Source: a virus. From it: DNA of 64,000 nt. Below the pieces are notes generated by a model. The model was not told the origin of the DNA, ran no database searches, and saw only the letters and a list, made by a program, of their open reading frames with translations. Of this stretch, positions 18,558-27,208 are shown one piece after another (the stretch's first letter is position 1; the number at the start of each line of letters is the position of its first letter). Both the position numbers and the translations under genes were made by a program. The stretch spans positions 78,860-142,859 of the IMG/VR virus record IMGVR_UViG_3300043449_002292; one strand, written 5' to 3'.

Positions 18558-20087
18558 TCACCCCAGCATCATGTTAACAAGACGATTGATCCGACGGCGA
18601 GTCGACTCATCGACCCCAACGTCTTCTGTGTCCTCGATGAACCCCTTCTGTCCGCGCACCGTGTACTTATCATAGAACTCTTTCTTCATCGCCTCCACAT
18701 CCATCGTTGATGCATCAGCGTCAGGCAGGGCATTCTTGAAAGTTTCGATGATAGCTTCCTTCACACTCTTATCCTCTTGTGGGTCGGTGGCTGATATCTT
18801 CTGGGCACGGCGTCCGTAGAGCCTGATCACCAGCTCCTCGTATACTTTGACGATCTCAGGAGGTGAGAACCTCTCCTTCATCAGGTCAAGAATACCAACG
18901 AAGGACTGGAAGTCCTCCAATTCCCTCTCTGTGGGCTCCGACTCGCTCCCGAACAGTGACTTAAAGATCTGCTTGACGATCCGAATCGCACCAGAGCGCT
19001 CGGATCGTTTGAGGTACTTGTACACCTCATCACCATTATAAGTCCAGTCAAGCTTTTTGTATCGTTCCCCTAGTCCAGTTACAAGATCCACTGACAGCAG
19101 GGAACGTAAGCGGACAGGTCTCATTGAAGCGGCCTTGATCTCACGCTTCACCTGCGTGAGAGCCTGTGCGTATGCAGACTCAGGTTTCTTCTTGGGGAAG
19201 TCCCTGAGGATCTTTTTCATCTCCTCCTGCGCGCGGGCCTCGATCTCCTCATCGGTCGGGGACACAAAATCAGGATCCTTCGTCATGCTGATCCCAGGAT
19301 CCTCAGCGGTCGCTGACGGTGTCGCAAGACGCGCGTTGATCGGCATGGGCGACCTGATGGTGGCGATCGACATCAGGATCATCTTGTGGGCGAGTCCCTT
19401 GACGCCAGCCTCGATATCACGCCATGATGATGAGTGCGAGAATCGTGCCCACTCGGAGGGCTTCCCACCTTCATACTCCGATGATTCGAAATCGATCTGG
19501 AAGAAGGTATCACCCTCACCCGGAGAAGCCGCAGGATCCCAGGTGTAGGCGAAGAGAGCATTCATCTGATCCGTGCCGGGAGAGTGCTTATTATGCCCGA
19601 TGTACGCGATGCGATCCGTGAGCGACTGATCCTCAAGGCGTGTGAGGGTTGCGAAGAGCTCCTCCGCCCTCTCCTCCGGGATCGTGAGGTCGATATCGCC
19701 CACCGTGGGCTTGAACTTGATGAACCTCTCATCGGGCATCTTCTCGCGTGGAGCGAAGAGGTGGGCGGAGGAGCCGTTGAACGCGAAGCCCGTCCCGAGG
19801 ATCTCATCGCGGGTTTCAGGATCCCAGAGCGGATGACCATGATCACGTTTGAAACGATCGTCGAGCGCCACGAGCGCCTTGATCACCTCACGTCGGAAGT
19901 CCTCCCTCGTGATGCGACCGCCCTTCAGATCGATCTTCTCGGCATAAGCTTCCTTACCACGAAAGGTCTTCACCCGCTCTGGGCTGATGACTCGACCTGT
20001 CTCCGGATCACGAACGAGAGCTCGGGTGTTGCCACCCTCGACAAGCCCATCATACGATCCAAAGATAAAATTGGCGATGCTGAACAT
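18558..20087 (-). CDS. Pol-beta-superfamily nucleotidyltransferase-like protein (509 aa)
   Basis: hG105S...GD131ID133L...QID199F catalytic triad pattern; GS-to-DxD spacer is longer than canonical. Confidence 0.65.
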   Translation of the reverse strand: MFSIANFIFGSYDGLVEGGNTRALVRDPETGRVISPERVKTFRGKEAYAEKIDLKGGRITREDFRREVIKALVALDDRFKRDHGHPLWDPETRDEILGTGFAFNGSSAHLFAPREKMPDERFIKFKPTVGDIDLTIPEERAEELFATLTRLEDQSLTDRIAYIGHNKHSPGTDQMNALFAYTWDPAASPGEGDTFFQIDFESSEYEGGKPSEWARFSHSSSWRDIEAGVKGLAHKMILMSIATIRSPMPINARLATPSATAEDPGISMTKDPDFVSPTDEEIEARAQEEMKKILRDFPKKKPESAYAQALTQVKREIKAASMRPVRLRSLLSVDLVTGLGERYKKLDWTYNGDEVYKYLKRSERSGAIRIVKQIFKSLFGSESEPTERELEDFQSFVGILDLMKERFSPPEIVKVYEELVIRLYGRRAQKISATDPQEDKSVKEAIIETFKNALPDADASTMDVEAMKKEFYDKYTVRGQKGFIEDTEDVGVDESTRRRINRLVNMMLG

Positions 20088-20122
20088 TTAGCCTTCGCTT
20101 CTCCGTATGAATACATATAGCG

Positions 20123-20169
20123 CTCAACGGCAAGCAGGTCATCATCTACTGAGCCCGCTTACCGTTGAG
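20123..20169 (-). promoter_or_regulatory. Long RNA hairpin upstream of the nucleotidyltransferase cassette
   Basis: 16-bp stem CUCAACGGUAAGCGGG/CCUGCUUGCCGUUGAG with two G-U pairs on the coding strand; no U tail. Confidence 0.6.
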
Positions 20170-20192
20170 TTGTATCTCTGAGCCGAGCTGTA

Positions 20193-20663
20193 TCAGTTGC
20201 CTGCGAAGACTAGTGATCCGCTGCTCGTGAGAACGCAGAAGTTCAGACCATCAGAGATGAGGGAGACAGAGCTGCCTACCACAGTCTCAAGGCTTACCTT
20301 GCTGCCCTTGCTGTTGGGACTTGCGACTATGAACTTTCCAAGATTCGCAGCGGCAGTTCCCGTGAGAAAGTGCTGCTGACCTGCAGATCCTGCAGTTCTG
20401 AAGACGATCACACCGCCTGGGATCGTGGACGGTGCGGGTAGATACACGCCGGCCGCGGTAGCGTTATTGATGGTGTAAACCCCTGGATAGGTTATCGAAC
20501 CTGACGCGGCGACCACCTGCGCTGTCGAATACGGCGTGTTCGTCATTGAAACATCGCTGTTGAAAGTTGCTGTTGAGTTGAAGCTTGACGACACCTGAAC
20601 CGTTAGTCCAGTTCCTGAGGATGAATCGACAGTGCCACGTCCATCTATTGTTGTGCTTGCCAT
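20193..20663 (-). CDS. Small Ser/Thr/Gly-rich virion protein, possible head decoration (156 aa)
   Basis: Beta-rich composition, immediately downstream of the capsid gene, own AGGAG SD and ATATTTA motif. Confidence 0.55.
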   Translation of the reverse strand: MASTTIDGRGTVDSSSGTGLTVQVSSSFNSTATFNSDVSMTNTPYSTAQVVAASGSITYPGVYTINNATAAGVYLPAPSTIPGGVIVFRTAGSAGQQHFLTGTAAANLGKFIVASPNSKGSKVSLETVVGSSVSLISDGLNFCVLTSSGSLVFAGN

Positions 20664-20733
20664 TTTGAAAATCTCCTTTATTTGGACCTAACGCCGTCGA
20701 TCGACGACACATTCTAAATATACTTCGAAAACT

Positions 20734-20761
20734 AAAATGGCCACCTCTTTCGAGGTGGCCA
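20734..20761 (-). terminator. Rho-independent terminator after major capsid gene
   Basis: 10-bp stem TGGCCACCTC/GAGGTGGCCA, GAAA tetraloop, followed by TTTTAGTTTT. Confidence 0.85.
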
Positions 20762-20788
20762 CCCTAGTTCACCCTATCGGCTAGAACA

Positions 20789-22708
20789 TCAGATGATGTT
20801 CATGTCGAGGCAGGTGACCGTTCCGTAGAAGTCGGAGCGGACCATCTTCTTGCCGTAGCGGGTCATGACACCCTTACGCGGCGTGAAGTCCTCGGGAGCG
20901 AAGATCGTCGGGGTGACGATGAGCGGGACGTAAGGAGCGTAGACGTAGCCAGTCTCCAGGTAGCTGCCGCCCTTGAAGCCGACGAGAATCTTGTTCCTGG
21001 GGAAGTAAGGATCCTTGTAGACCGTGAAGCGGTTGCTGAGGGTGCCGACCTTCTCCGCGCCGATCGAGAACGGGGCGCCGACCTGACCGGAACCGTCGAT
21101 GCTGTAGCTCGGGCGGTAGTAGGTCGAGGCCTCGAGGATCGTCGCGACGTCCGGGCCGACAACGATGAAGTTGGCGGAGCCGCGGAGGGTCTTGCGGTGG
21201 ATCTCGTTACCGACGTCGATGATCGTCTCGGTGAGGGTCTCATACCACTCACGGACCGTGCCGGTGAAGTTCGGGCCCGGAGCGGTGGTGGAGGCGCGGC
21301 TGATCTCAGCGCCGGTGGTCTTGTTGACGAACCTGCCCGGGGCGCGTGACCAGAAGTAGTTCGCACCCGACGCCTGCGTGAGCAGGTCGTTCAGGATCTC
21401 ACGATCGAGCTCGAGGGCGATCTGCTCGGAGAGGATCTGGGTGAGCTCAACCTCAGCGTCGATGCTGTGGTAAGCGTTCAGGTCCTGCGCGAGCTCCGGA
21501 GACCAGCGAGCGCGGAGCTTGCGGGTCGTCGCGGTGACGGCGATGGACTCGATCTTGATGTCGATCTCGGGGATGACCGGGGAGGGGGTCGTGCCGAAGT
21601 TCGACTCGAAGACCGGGATGGTCACGGTGGAGCCAGTGGTGCTCTCAACGTCGAGCGCCGAGTTCAGCGGGTAGCTGATCTTGAGCGAGCTCGCGTAGCC
21701 ACCATCGGTGTCGAGCTTCGGAAGAAGGTTCGAGGCCGAGATGACGCAGAGCATGTGGGTTCCGGACAGCGGGGTCGCGGTGAACACCTTCGAGCTGTTG
21801 TTCCAAGTTCCAACCTGGTTGAGACGACGGATGTTGAGGACGCTGTTACCACCCTGGAAGGTCTCGCCCGGGATCAGGAGACCCGGGACGGTGCCAGTCG
21901 TGAAGATCGCGAAGTCCTTAACGAGCGACTGGTCGGAACCAGTGAGCTGTCCGAGATCGACAACGAGGAACTTGAAGAAGGCATCGCCGTCGGCAAGACC
22001 AGCGGGCTTCGGTGAGCTCTCGATGAGGCTGGTGACCTGCGGATCGAATCCGAGGAGGCGACCATCGGTTCCTGTGGCGTGGAGGTTCGCACGGGCCGTG
22101 AAGGCACCGGCGCCGCTGTAACCACCGGAGGCAACGATCTGAGCGGCGTTCAGCACGAAGTCGGCGTGAACGCGGCTGTAACCGGCGCCGGCGAGATCAT
22201 ACATACCACCGGTCGCAAGAGAGCCGCTCTGGACGCCCTTACCAACAGGGTTGTTGTAGATCGACTGACCGACGGTGTAGGTCGACTTGGTGGAAGCCGT
22301 TCCAGCTCCGTCAACGCCAGCATCACCACCGCGGTTGGTGCCGTAGGTGTAATCCAGGTAGAAGAGGAGACCGGAGGGGAGGCTCATCGGCTGGATCGAG
22401 ACGAGCTCGTTCGCCACGAGGCCGCCGAAGACGCGGCGGACGATGGGGAACGCGATGTTCGAGAAGCCGCGGATGTCGCTGCCGCCTGAGGAGAGAGAGC
22501 CACCGCCGCTGGAGAGAGCGTTGCTCTCGCGGAGGAGGTTGGCGGTCTGGTTCTCGAGGAGGCGAGCCATGTTCTCGCGATTGACTCCATCGAGGCCACG
22601 AAGCAGGCCGGTGCGGCCCCACTTCTCGACGAGGCGGCTGTTCTCCGCCCCGACGTCACGCCCGCGGATGCCTTCCGAGAGCTGCTCTAGTGTAAAAGAC
22701 TTAGACAT
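20789..22708 (-). CDS. Major capsid protein (T4 gp23-like, 639 aa)
   Basis: MARLLENQ, PIVRRVF, SIQPMSLPSG, TRKLRARWSPELAQDL, YAPYVPL, FTPRKGVMTRYG; strong codon bias. Confidence 0.97.
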   Translation of the reverse strand: MSKSFTLEQLSEGIRGRDVGAENSRLVEKWGRTGLLRGLDGVNRENMARLLENQTANLLRESNALSSGGGSLSSGGSDIRGFSNIAFPIVRRVFGGLVANELVSIQPMSLPSGLLFYLDYTYGTNRGGDAGVDGAGTASTKSTYTVGQSIYNNPVGKGVQSGSLATGGMYDLAGAGYSRVHADFVLNAAQIVASGGYSGAGAFTARANLHATGTDGRLLGFDPQVTSLIESSPKPAGLADGDAFFKFLVVDLGQLTGSDQSLVKDFAIFTTGTVPGLLIPGETFQGGNSVLNIRRLNQVGTWNNSSKVFTATPLSGTHMLCVISASNLLPKLDTDGGYASSLKISYPLNSALDVESTTGSTVTIPVFESNFGTTPSPVIPEIDIKIESIAVTATTRKLRARWSPELAQDLNAYHSIDAEVELTQILSEQIALELDREILNDLLTQASGANYFWSRAPGRFVNKTTGAEISRASTTAPGPNFTGTVREWYETLTETIIDVGNEIHRKTLRGSANFIVVGPDVATILEASTYYRPSYSIDGSGQVGAPFSIGAEKVGTLSNRFTVYKDPYFPRNKILVGFKGGSYLETGYVYAPYVPLIVTPTIFAPEDFTPRKGVMTRYGKKMVRSDFYGTVTCLDMNII

Positions 22709-22764
22709 TTTGTTTACTCCAATTTGGAAAATTTGTTAGAAAAACCGATTAAACCAACGGGCAA

Positions 22765-24546
22765 TCACTTACCCGACTTGATACCTGCGAGGATTGCCCA
22801 GCGATCCACCTCGACGGATTCATTCAGGCTAGCAGCGGGGCTAGCTGACCGCGTCGATCTGGAGGACGAACCAAGGATCCGACCCTCAGTCATCGTGCCT
22901 GACTTCGACTTGAGGGACTCAGTCAGGCTGGTGTAGAGAAGCTTCGCCTCCCGCACCGACTTCGCAGCATCGAGCGACTCAACGATCGCCCTCTGCTGAC
23001 GTGGGGTGAGGTCCCGGTTCTGCATCAGCTTATTGACATAGAGAAGCTTCGCATTGAACAGGTTGACCTCCTCGAGCTGCTCGCGTAGTGTGGAAACAGC
23101 GCGCTCAGACTCAGCGAGCTTAGCCTTGAGAGCACGATTCGTGCGTGCCTCCTCGACCCTGGCCTCTCGCTCTTCCTTCGCGGCGTCGGTTGCCTTCTTG
23201 GCAACTTCGAGCGCCTTGCGGGCGGTCTTCTCGGCCTCACCGAGCTGATTCAGCTCGTCGGGAAGGCCTTCGACGGAACCACCACCAAAATTACCGGGCA
23301 TCGCGTCCTTGATGCCCTTCGCGTTCTTGCCCTTGGAGCTCTTCGCCTCACGAAGGCGACGGAGCTCACGGCGGAGCATGGACTCATCGACGTGGAAGAC
23401 GTTCTCGTTCTGCTCGGCAGCATCGACATCAGCGATCTCCTCGAGCTCATCCTCATCCTCGTCGTACATCTCTTCGAGATCGGTGTCGTCATCCTCCTCG
23501 AGCTCGTCGTACTCCTCCTCGAGGTCGTCATCATACTCGTCCATGTCGTACTCCTCAAGGTCGTCATCATACTCGTCCATGTCGTACTCTGACGGAGCGG
23601 GCGGCTCCGGAGCGGGTTCAGGAGCTGCAGGAGCACCAGCACCGGTGTCAGCAACGTCAACTGGCATCTCTTCGCCAGCAGCAGCGGCATCCTCCTCACC
23701 GAGATCAACGCTGAAGCTCATCGCCTTCAGCTTCTCCTTCACCGTATCATCGAGACCCTCGAGATCCATGGGCTCGAAAACAAGCTTCGCCTCACGACGA
23801 AGACCACGATTGGATCTTCCCTCCATTTCCTCCAGGAGGCGACGGAACCTCGCGTTTGTTGACATATGCTTCATCTCCTTAACTATGTTGTTGAACTTTT
23901 GCCTGGTCTCAGGACTACCACCATTAGATATCACCTGATCCCTGAAATCATGCATGTTTTTCAGCAGAATTGAATAGGCTGCGCGGAAGTTTGATCCCTC
24001 CGTCAGCGGTAACGTTCTCGAGACTCTCTTGAGAGCCTCAAACTGACGACGAATCTGGCCGATCGATACCCTGTCACGACGACGCTCACCGAGTATCATG
24101 TCGGCAAGAGCTCCGAGGCTCTCCTTGTTGAGAGACACCTCAACGTCGTCACCTTCAGCAGCGTCAGCTTCCGTGGAGGCCGATGCCTCGCCGTGCTTGT
24201 CAACGCGAACGTTGATCTTCACCTCGGTTCCTGAGGCGGTCTTCGTTGTGACAGTGTGCGTGACCTCCTCGTCGGGATCAGGAGCCGGTGCGCCAGCAGA
24301 CGTGTCCATACCCGTCATAGGTGCAGCTGACGTTGCATCCATCGTTCCGTCGTCTGGTAGCGGCTCAAGATCGAGGTTCGGAGCTTCCTCACCGGTCTCC
24401 TCGTCCTGTTCAGCAAGCATCTGGCGTTCGACCATCCGACGGATCTGCGGTGAGATCGACTCAATGATCTTATTTCTCGCGTTTCTCTCAGCCATCTCCT
24501 TCAGAGCTTTGGCATCAGAAATCGCTTCGTCATACAGGTTCGGCAT
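22765..24546 (-). CDS. Prohead core / scaffold protein (gp22-like, 593 aa)
   Basis: Acidic coiled-coil protein directly upstream of the capsid gene; EVNLFNAKLLYVNKL; C-terminal RWAILAGI; many L/M-x-E sites. Confidence 0.85.
   Translation of the reverse strand: MPNLYDEAISDAKALKEMAERNARNKIIESISPQIRRMVERQMLAEQDEETGEEAPNLDLEPLPDDGTMDATSAAPMTGMDTSAGAPAPDPDEEVTHTVTTKTASGTEVKINVRVDKHGEASASTEADAAEGDDVEVSLNKESLGALADMILGERRRDRVSIGQIRRQFEALKRVSRTLPLTEGSNFRAAYSILLKNMHDFRDQVISNGGSPETRQKFNNIVKEMKHMSTNARFRRLLEEMEGRSNRGLRREAKLVFEPMDLEGLDDTVKEKLKAMSFSVDLGEEDAAAAGEEMPVDVADTGAGAPAAPEPAPEPPAPSEYDMDEYDDDLEEYDMDEYDDDLEEEYDELEEDDDTDLEEMYDEDEDELEEIADVDAAEQNENVFHVDESMLRRELRRLREAKSSKGKNAKGIKDAMPGNFGGGSVEGLPDELNQLGEAEKTARKALEVAKKATDAAKEEREARVEEARTNRALKAKLAESERAVSTLREQLEEVNLFNAKLLYVNKLMQNRDLTPRQQRAIVESLDAAKSVREAKLLYTSLTESLKSKSGTMTEGRILGSSSRSTRSASPAASLNESVEVDRWAILAGIKSGK
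23518..23589. repeat. 36-nt in-frame tandem duplication encoding EYDMDEYDDDLE x2
   Basis: Identical 32-nt cores aggtcgtcatcatactcgtccatgtcgtactc at 23522-23553 and 23558-23589. Confidence 0.9.
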
Positions 24547-24566
24547 GTTGTATCCCTACGCTCAAT

Positions 24567-24573
24567 TAACTAT
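24567..24573 (-). promoter_or_regulatory. Putative late promoter ATAGTTA (scaffold-capsid)
   Basis: Recurrent ATANTTA motif. Confidence 0.65.
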
Positions 24574-24580
24574 ATCGTTC

Positions 24581-25162
24581 TCAGTCTTTTTCGAGGTCCT
24601 GCTGCAAATGAATTGCTCTGATCAGCCGACGAAGTCTTGACATCGTGAGCTCATCAGGACCAGGTATCTCCTCGAGAGTGTATGCCGGCTCCATCGAACC
24701 TGCATCTCGCAGGGGCAATGAGCTGGAGTATCCTGCTTTCGATCCGGCAAGAGATATTCTAGCCGGGGCAGGACGGATCGAGGGTCCATCAGCTCCAACT
24801 CCGAGGACCCCCTGCTTGTTCTTATAGAGGTCTGGGATTGGTGACATTCCACGACCCGTCGTCTGCTCATGCATCCAGAAATCAGCTCCGACGAATCGAC
24901 GGTTATCCGCAGCACGATCAGCATACGAGTCCCAGCGAATGTGACCCTGTCCCGCCTTATTACCTATCGCGACCTGCTGTAGGAGATCGTCCTCATCCTC
25001 TAGCTCGTCCTCGTCATCTACATCGCAGGCAGGCTCTTCAATGTAAGGCCATGATGATTGACCCATACGTGGTAAATCACGACGCCCGTCCGTGCCGTAT
25101 CCCAGGCCGGTGCGGGCGTCGTAGTTTGGATTGTTAGCTTCTCTGATCCGTCGACGTGACAT
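24581..25162 (-). CDS. Hypothetical head-module protein (193 aa)
   Basis: ORF tiles the head operon; acidic patch; C-terminal SRLRRLIRAI helix. Confidence 0.7.
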   Translation of the reverse strand: MSRRRIREANNPNYDARTGLGYGTDGRRDLPRMGQSSWPYIEEPACDVDDEDELEDEDDLLQQVAIGNKAGQGHIRWDSYADRAADNRRFVGADFWMHEQTTGRGMSPIPDLYKNKQGVLGVGADGPSIRPAPARISLAGSKAGYSSSLPLRDAGSMEPAYTLEEIPGPDELTMSRLRRLIRAIHLQQDLEKD

Positions 25163-25167
25163 GATGA

Positions 25168-25713
25168 TTACGTCGTGGGATCGCCGTCAGCGCCTGGGTT
25201 GGTGGCCCACGCCTCGCTCTGCCCCAGCGTTCCGATCGGTCCTGAGACGTCGATCGTTGTGGTCGCGATCTGAGCCGCTGTTGCACTCGGCGTGACTGTA
25301 TCGACCGTGCCCCCCGTTCCGAAGTTATCGTTCGCGGCGACTGCAGTTCCACCAGCAGCAACGACAGAAGACCCCTCACCACCGGTAGGGTCGCTGTTGA
25401 CAATGAGGTTCGGGTAGTAGGGAGAGTCGATCGCAACGCCGTTGATATCAGTGATAGAGCTAACATCAGGTGCGCCTGTGTAATCCATATCGACGGACGG
25501 AAACTGCACAGCATCACCCTCCTGCACGGCGGGCTGAAGCAGATCCCGAGCAGTGGTGAGATAATCACTGGCTAACGTCGTGTAGATCGGGGAGTTCGGA
25601 AACATCGCATTCAGAGTCATAGTATCAGAGTTTGATAGTCCGACCGTACCGCCCGCAGTCAAGGTCGTGCGGGCGGTAATCGGCGAGTTGATTGTTGGAT
25701 ACTTTCCTGGCAT
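25168..25713 (-). CDS. Hypothetical Thr/Asp-rich virion protein (181 aa)
   Basis: Clean ORF with GAGGGG SD and an upstream ATAGTTA motif. Confidence 0.7.
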   Translation of the reverse strand: MPGKYPTINSPITARTTLTAGGTVGLSNSDTMTLNAMFPNSPIYTTLASDYLTTARDLLQPAVQEGDAVQFPSVDMDYTGAPDVSSITDINGVAIDSPYYPNLIVNSDPTGGEGSSVVAAGGTAVAANDNFGTGGTVDTVTPSATAAQIATTTIDVSGPIGTLGQSEAWATNPGADGDPTT

Positions 25714-25748
25714 GATATTCCCCTCTTTGCTCTCTAACTATTGTCCTA

Positions 25749-26057
25749 CTAAATTTCCTCGAGGATATCAGCGCGGAGCTCCTGACGAGCCTCGTTAACC
25801 TCGGACAGACGACGTGCAAGCTCGACTGCCTCGCGCTGCAGGTTCTCGTAGTGCTTCACCTTCTTGGCCAGCGTGCCAGCAAGCTCGGAGGGCTGCACCT
25901 CACGGGTCTTCTTGACCGCGTCCTTCATGTCCTTGGGCATGTCCGTGGAGGTAGACTTCGCCTTCTTTCCCTTCTTCTTCTCCTTCATAACCCTGGACTT
26001 CTCCTCCATGATGATTCTGCGGAGAATGCTGGGTGTGAGATTCACGATTCTTGACAT
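25749..26057 (-). CDS. Putative prohead core protein (102 aa)
   Basis: LTPSILRRIIMEE N-terminus, Lys-rich linker, C-terminal coiled coil, AGGAG SD. Confidence 0.65.
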   Translation of the reverse strand: MSRIVNLTPSILRRIIMEEKSRVMKEKKKGKKAKSTSTDMPKDMKDAVKKTREVQPSELAGTLAKKVKHYENLQREAVELARRLSEVNEARQELRADILEEI

Positions 26058-26106
26058 CTTCGTAGCTCCTATAAGGCTCAGATGTTAATTATCCCTAACA
26101 AACAGT

Positions 26107-26592
26107 CTACATCGACTTTTTTGAAGGAGCAAACGCAAGATCAGCCCAACTCGACGCTCCATCGAAAAGTGACATTGGATCAACGTCAGCCACGGGAGAC
26201 ATTGAATCAGCACGAACAGCCATCGCAGCGCCTGGGGAACGTTCAGCCTGCATCTGGCTGGGTAGTGTATTCCTCGCGGTGTCCTCGAATATCTGCTGCA
26301 TCACACCCTGCTGCTCACGGGGAAACTCAGCCGCCAGGTTCGCAATAGCTGGCATCGGCGCGCGGCGACCTTGCGCCTGCTCAGCTATCTTGGAAGCTCC
26401 AGCCGAGAATGTGACGCTGTCCAGATGCTTTTTCCCGACAGGTAAAGGAGAGGGTGCCCGTTCAGGCCTACGTGCCGGTGTTTCCCTGCTAGAACGTGAG
26501 CTCTCGTTGATAGTTGGTTTCAAACCCTCTATCATGACCTCAAGGATACACTCCTTGATTATGTCCTTCAGCTCTGATCTCGAAAGCGCCAT
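26107..26592 (-). CDS. Putative prohead core protein (161 aa)
   Basis: LSRSELKDIIKECILE N-terminus and an INE|S site; starts 1 nt after the protease stop. Confidence 0.65.
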   Translation of the reverse strand: MALSRSELKDIIKECILEVMIEGLKPTINESSRSSRETPARRPERAPSPLPVGKKHLDSVTFSAGASKIAEQAQGRRAPMPAIANLAAEFPREQQGVMQQIFEDTARNTLPSQMQAERSPGAAMAVRADSMSPVADVDPMSLFDGASSWADLAFAPSKKSM

Positions 26593-26593
26593 C

Positions 26594-27208
26594 TTACTTC
26601 TTCCATGTTAGAATATCGTTGAATATTCTATCGATCCGATCGCTTCGATTAAATGTTCTTGAGAGTTCGTTCTGCTTTACCTGACGACCTTCACGCATCA
26701 TGAAAGCGCCGGGGGTTGAAGGTTCGGACACGAAATCCCAGCAGATGAGCTGAAAGTCGTCCTGAACGATCTGATGCTCGCCTGACTTCCGGGTTGAACC
26801 GACGCCTCGTGAGGAGATACCGAGCGTGACCCCAGCCTCGACGAGGCTCTGAAGTATCTTGCCGCAGGGGGTGTCGAGTATCTCGACGGTCCCGTAGCAG
26901 ACGTTGCCCTCCATGTAGGCTTCACGGACGATGTGGCTCACCTTCTTCAGCTCAACGACAGAGGAGTCCGGATGATCACATTCACCCAACGCGCGACTCT
27001 CACGAATGAACTTCTGGTAGTTGCGAACCTCTCGCTCCAGGATATCCTTTGGATAAACGCGACCGTTCTGGTTCAGGGTCTCCGCCTTCTGGAGGATACC
27101 TTTCATGATGAGTTTACCACCGTTCTGATCGCGGCTCTCCTTGACCATCTTGGAATCATAGGAGAACGGAGCCCACTCGGTGAGCAGCATTAGGGATCTA
27201 TCACTCAT
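26594..27208 (-). CDS. Prohead maturation protease (T4 gp21-like)
   Basis: NQNGRVYP, GECDHP, VSH, GISSRGVGS and DFVSEPS catalytic motifs. Confidence 0.96.
   Translation of the reverse strand: MSDRSLMLLTEWAPFSYDSKMVKESRDQNGGKLIMKGILQKAETLNQNGRVYPKDILEREVRNYQKFIRESRALGECDHPDSSVVELKKVSHIVREAYMEGNVCYGTVEILDTPCGKILQSLVEAGVTLGISSRGVGSTRKSGEHQIVQDDFQLICWDFVSEPSTPGAFMMREGRQVKQNELSRTFNRSDRIDRIFNDILTWKK

Noticed and set aside
20695-20706. Palindrome CGTCGATCGACG and abundant GATC/TCGA/CGATCG (HIP1-like)
   Set aside because: These words are common throughout and are plausibly explained by ATC/GAT/GAG codon preference; enrichment cannot be shown without counting.
23518-23589. 36-nt repeat as a CRISPR array
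   Set aside because: Two abutting in-frame copies with no spacers and no cas genes.
25134-25568. Alternative-frame 144-aa minus-strand ORF
   Set aside because: Overlaps the better-supported 181-aa gene, which has an SD and promoter motif.
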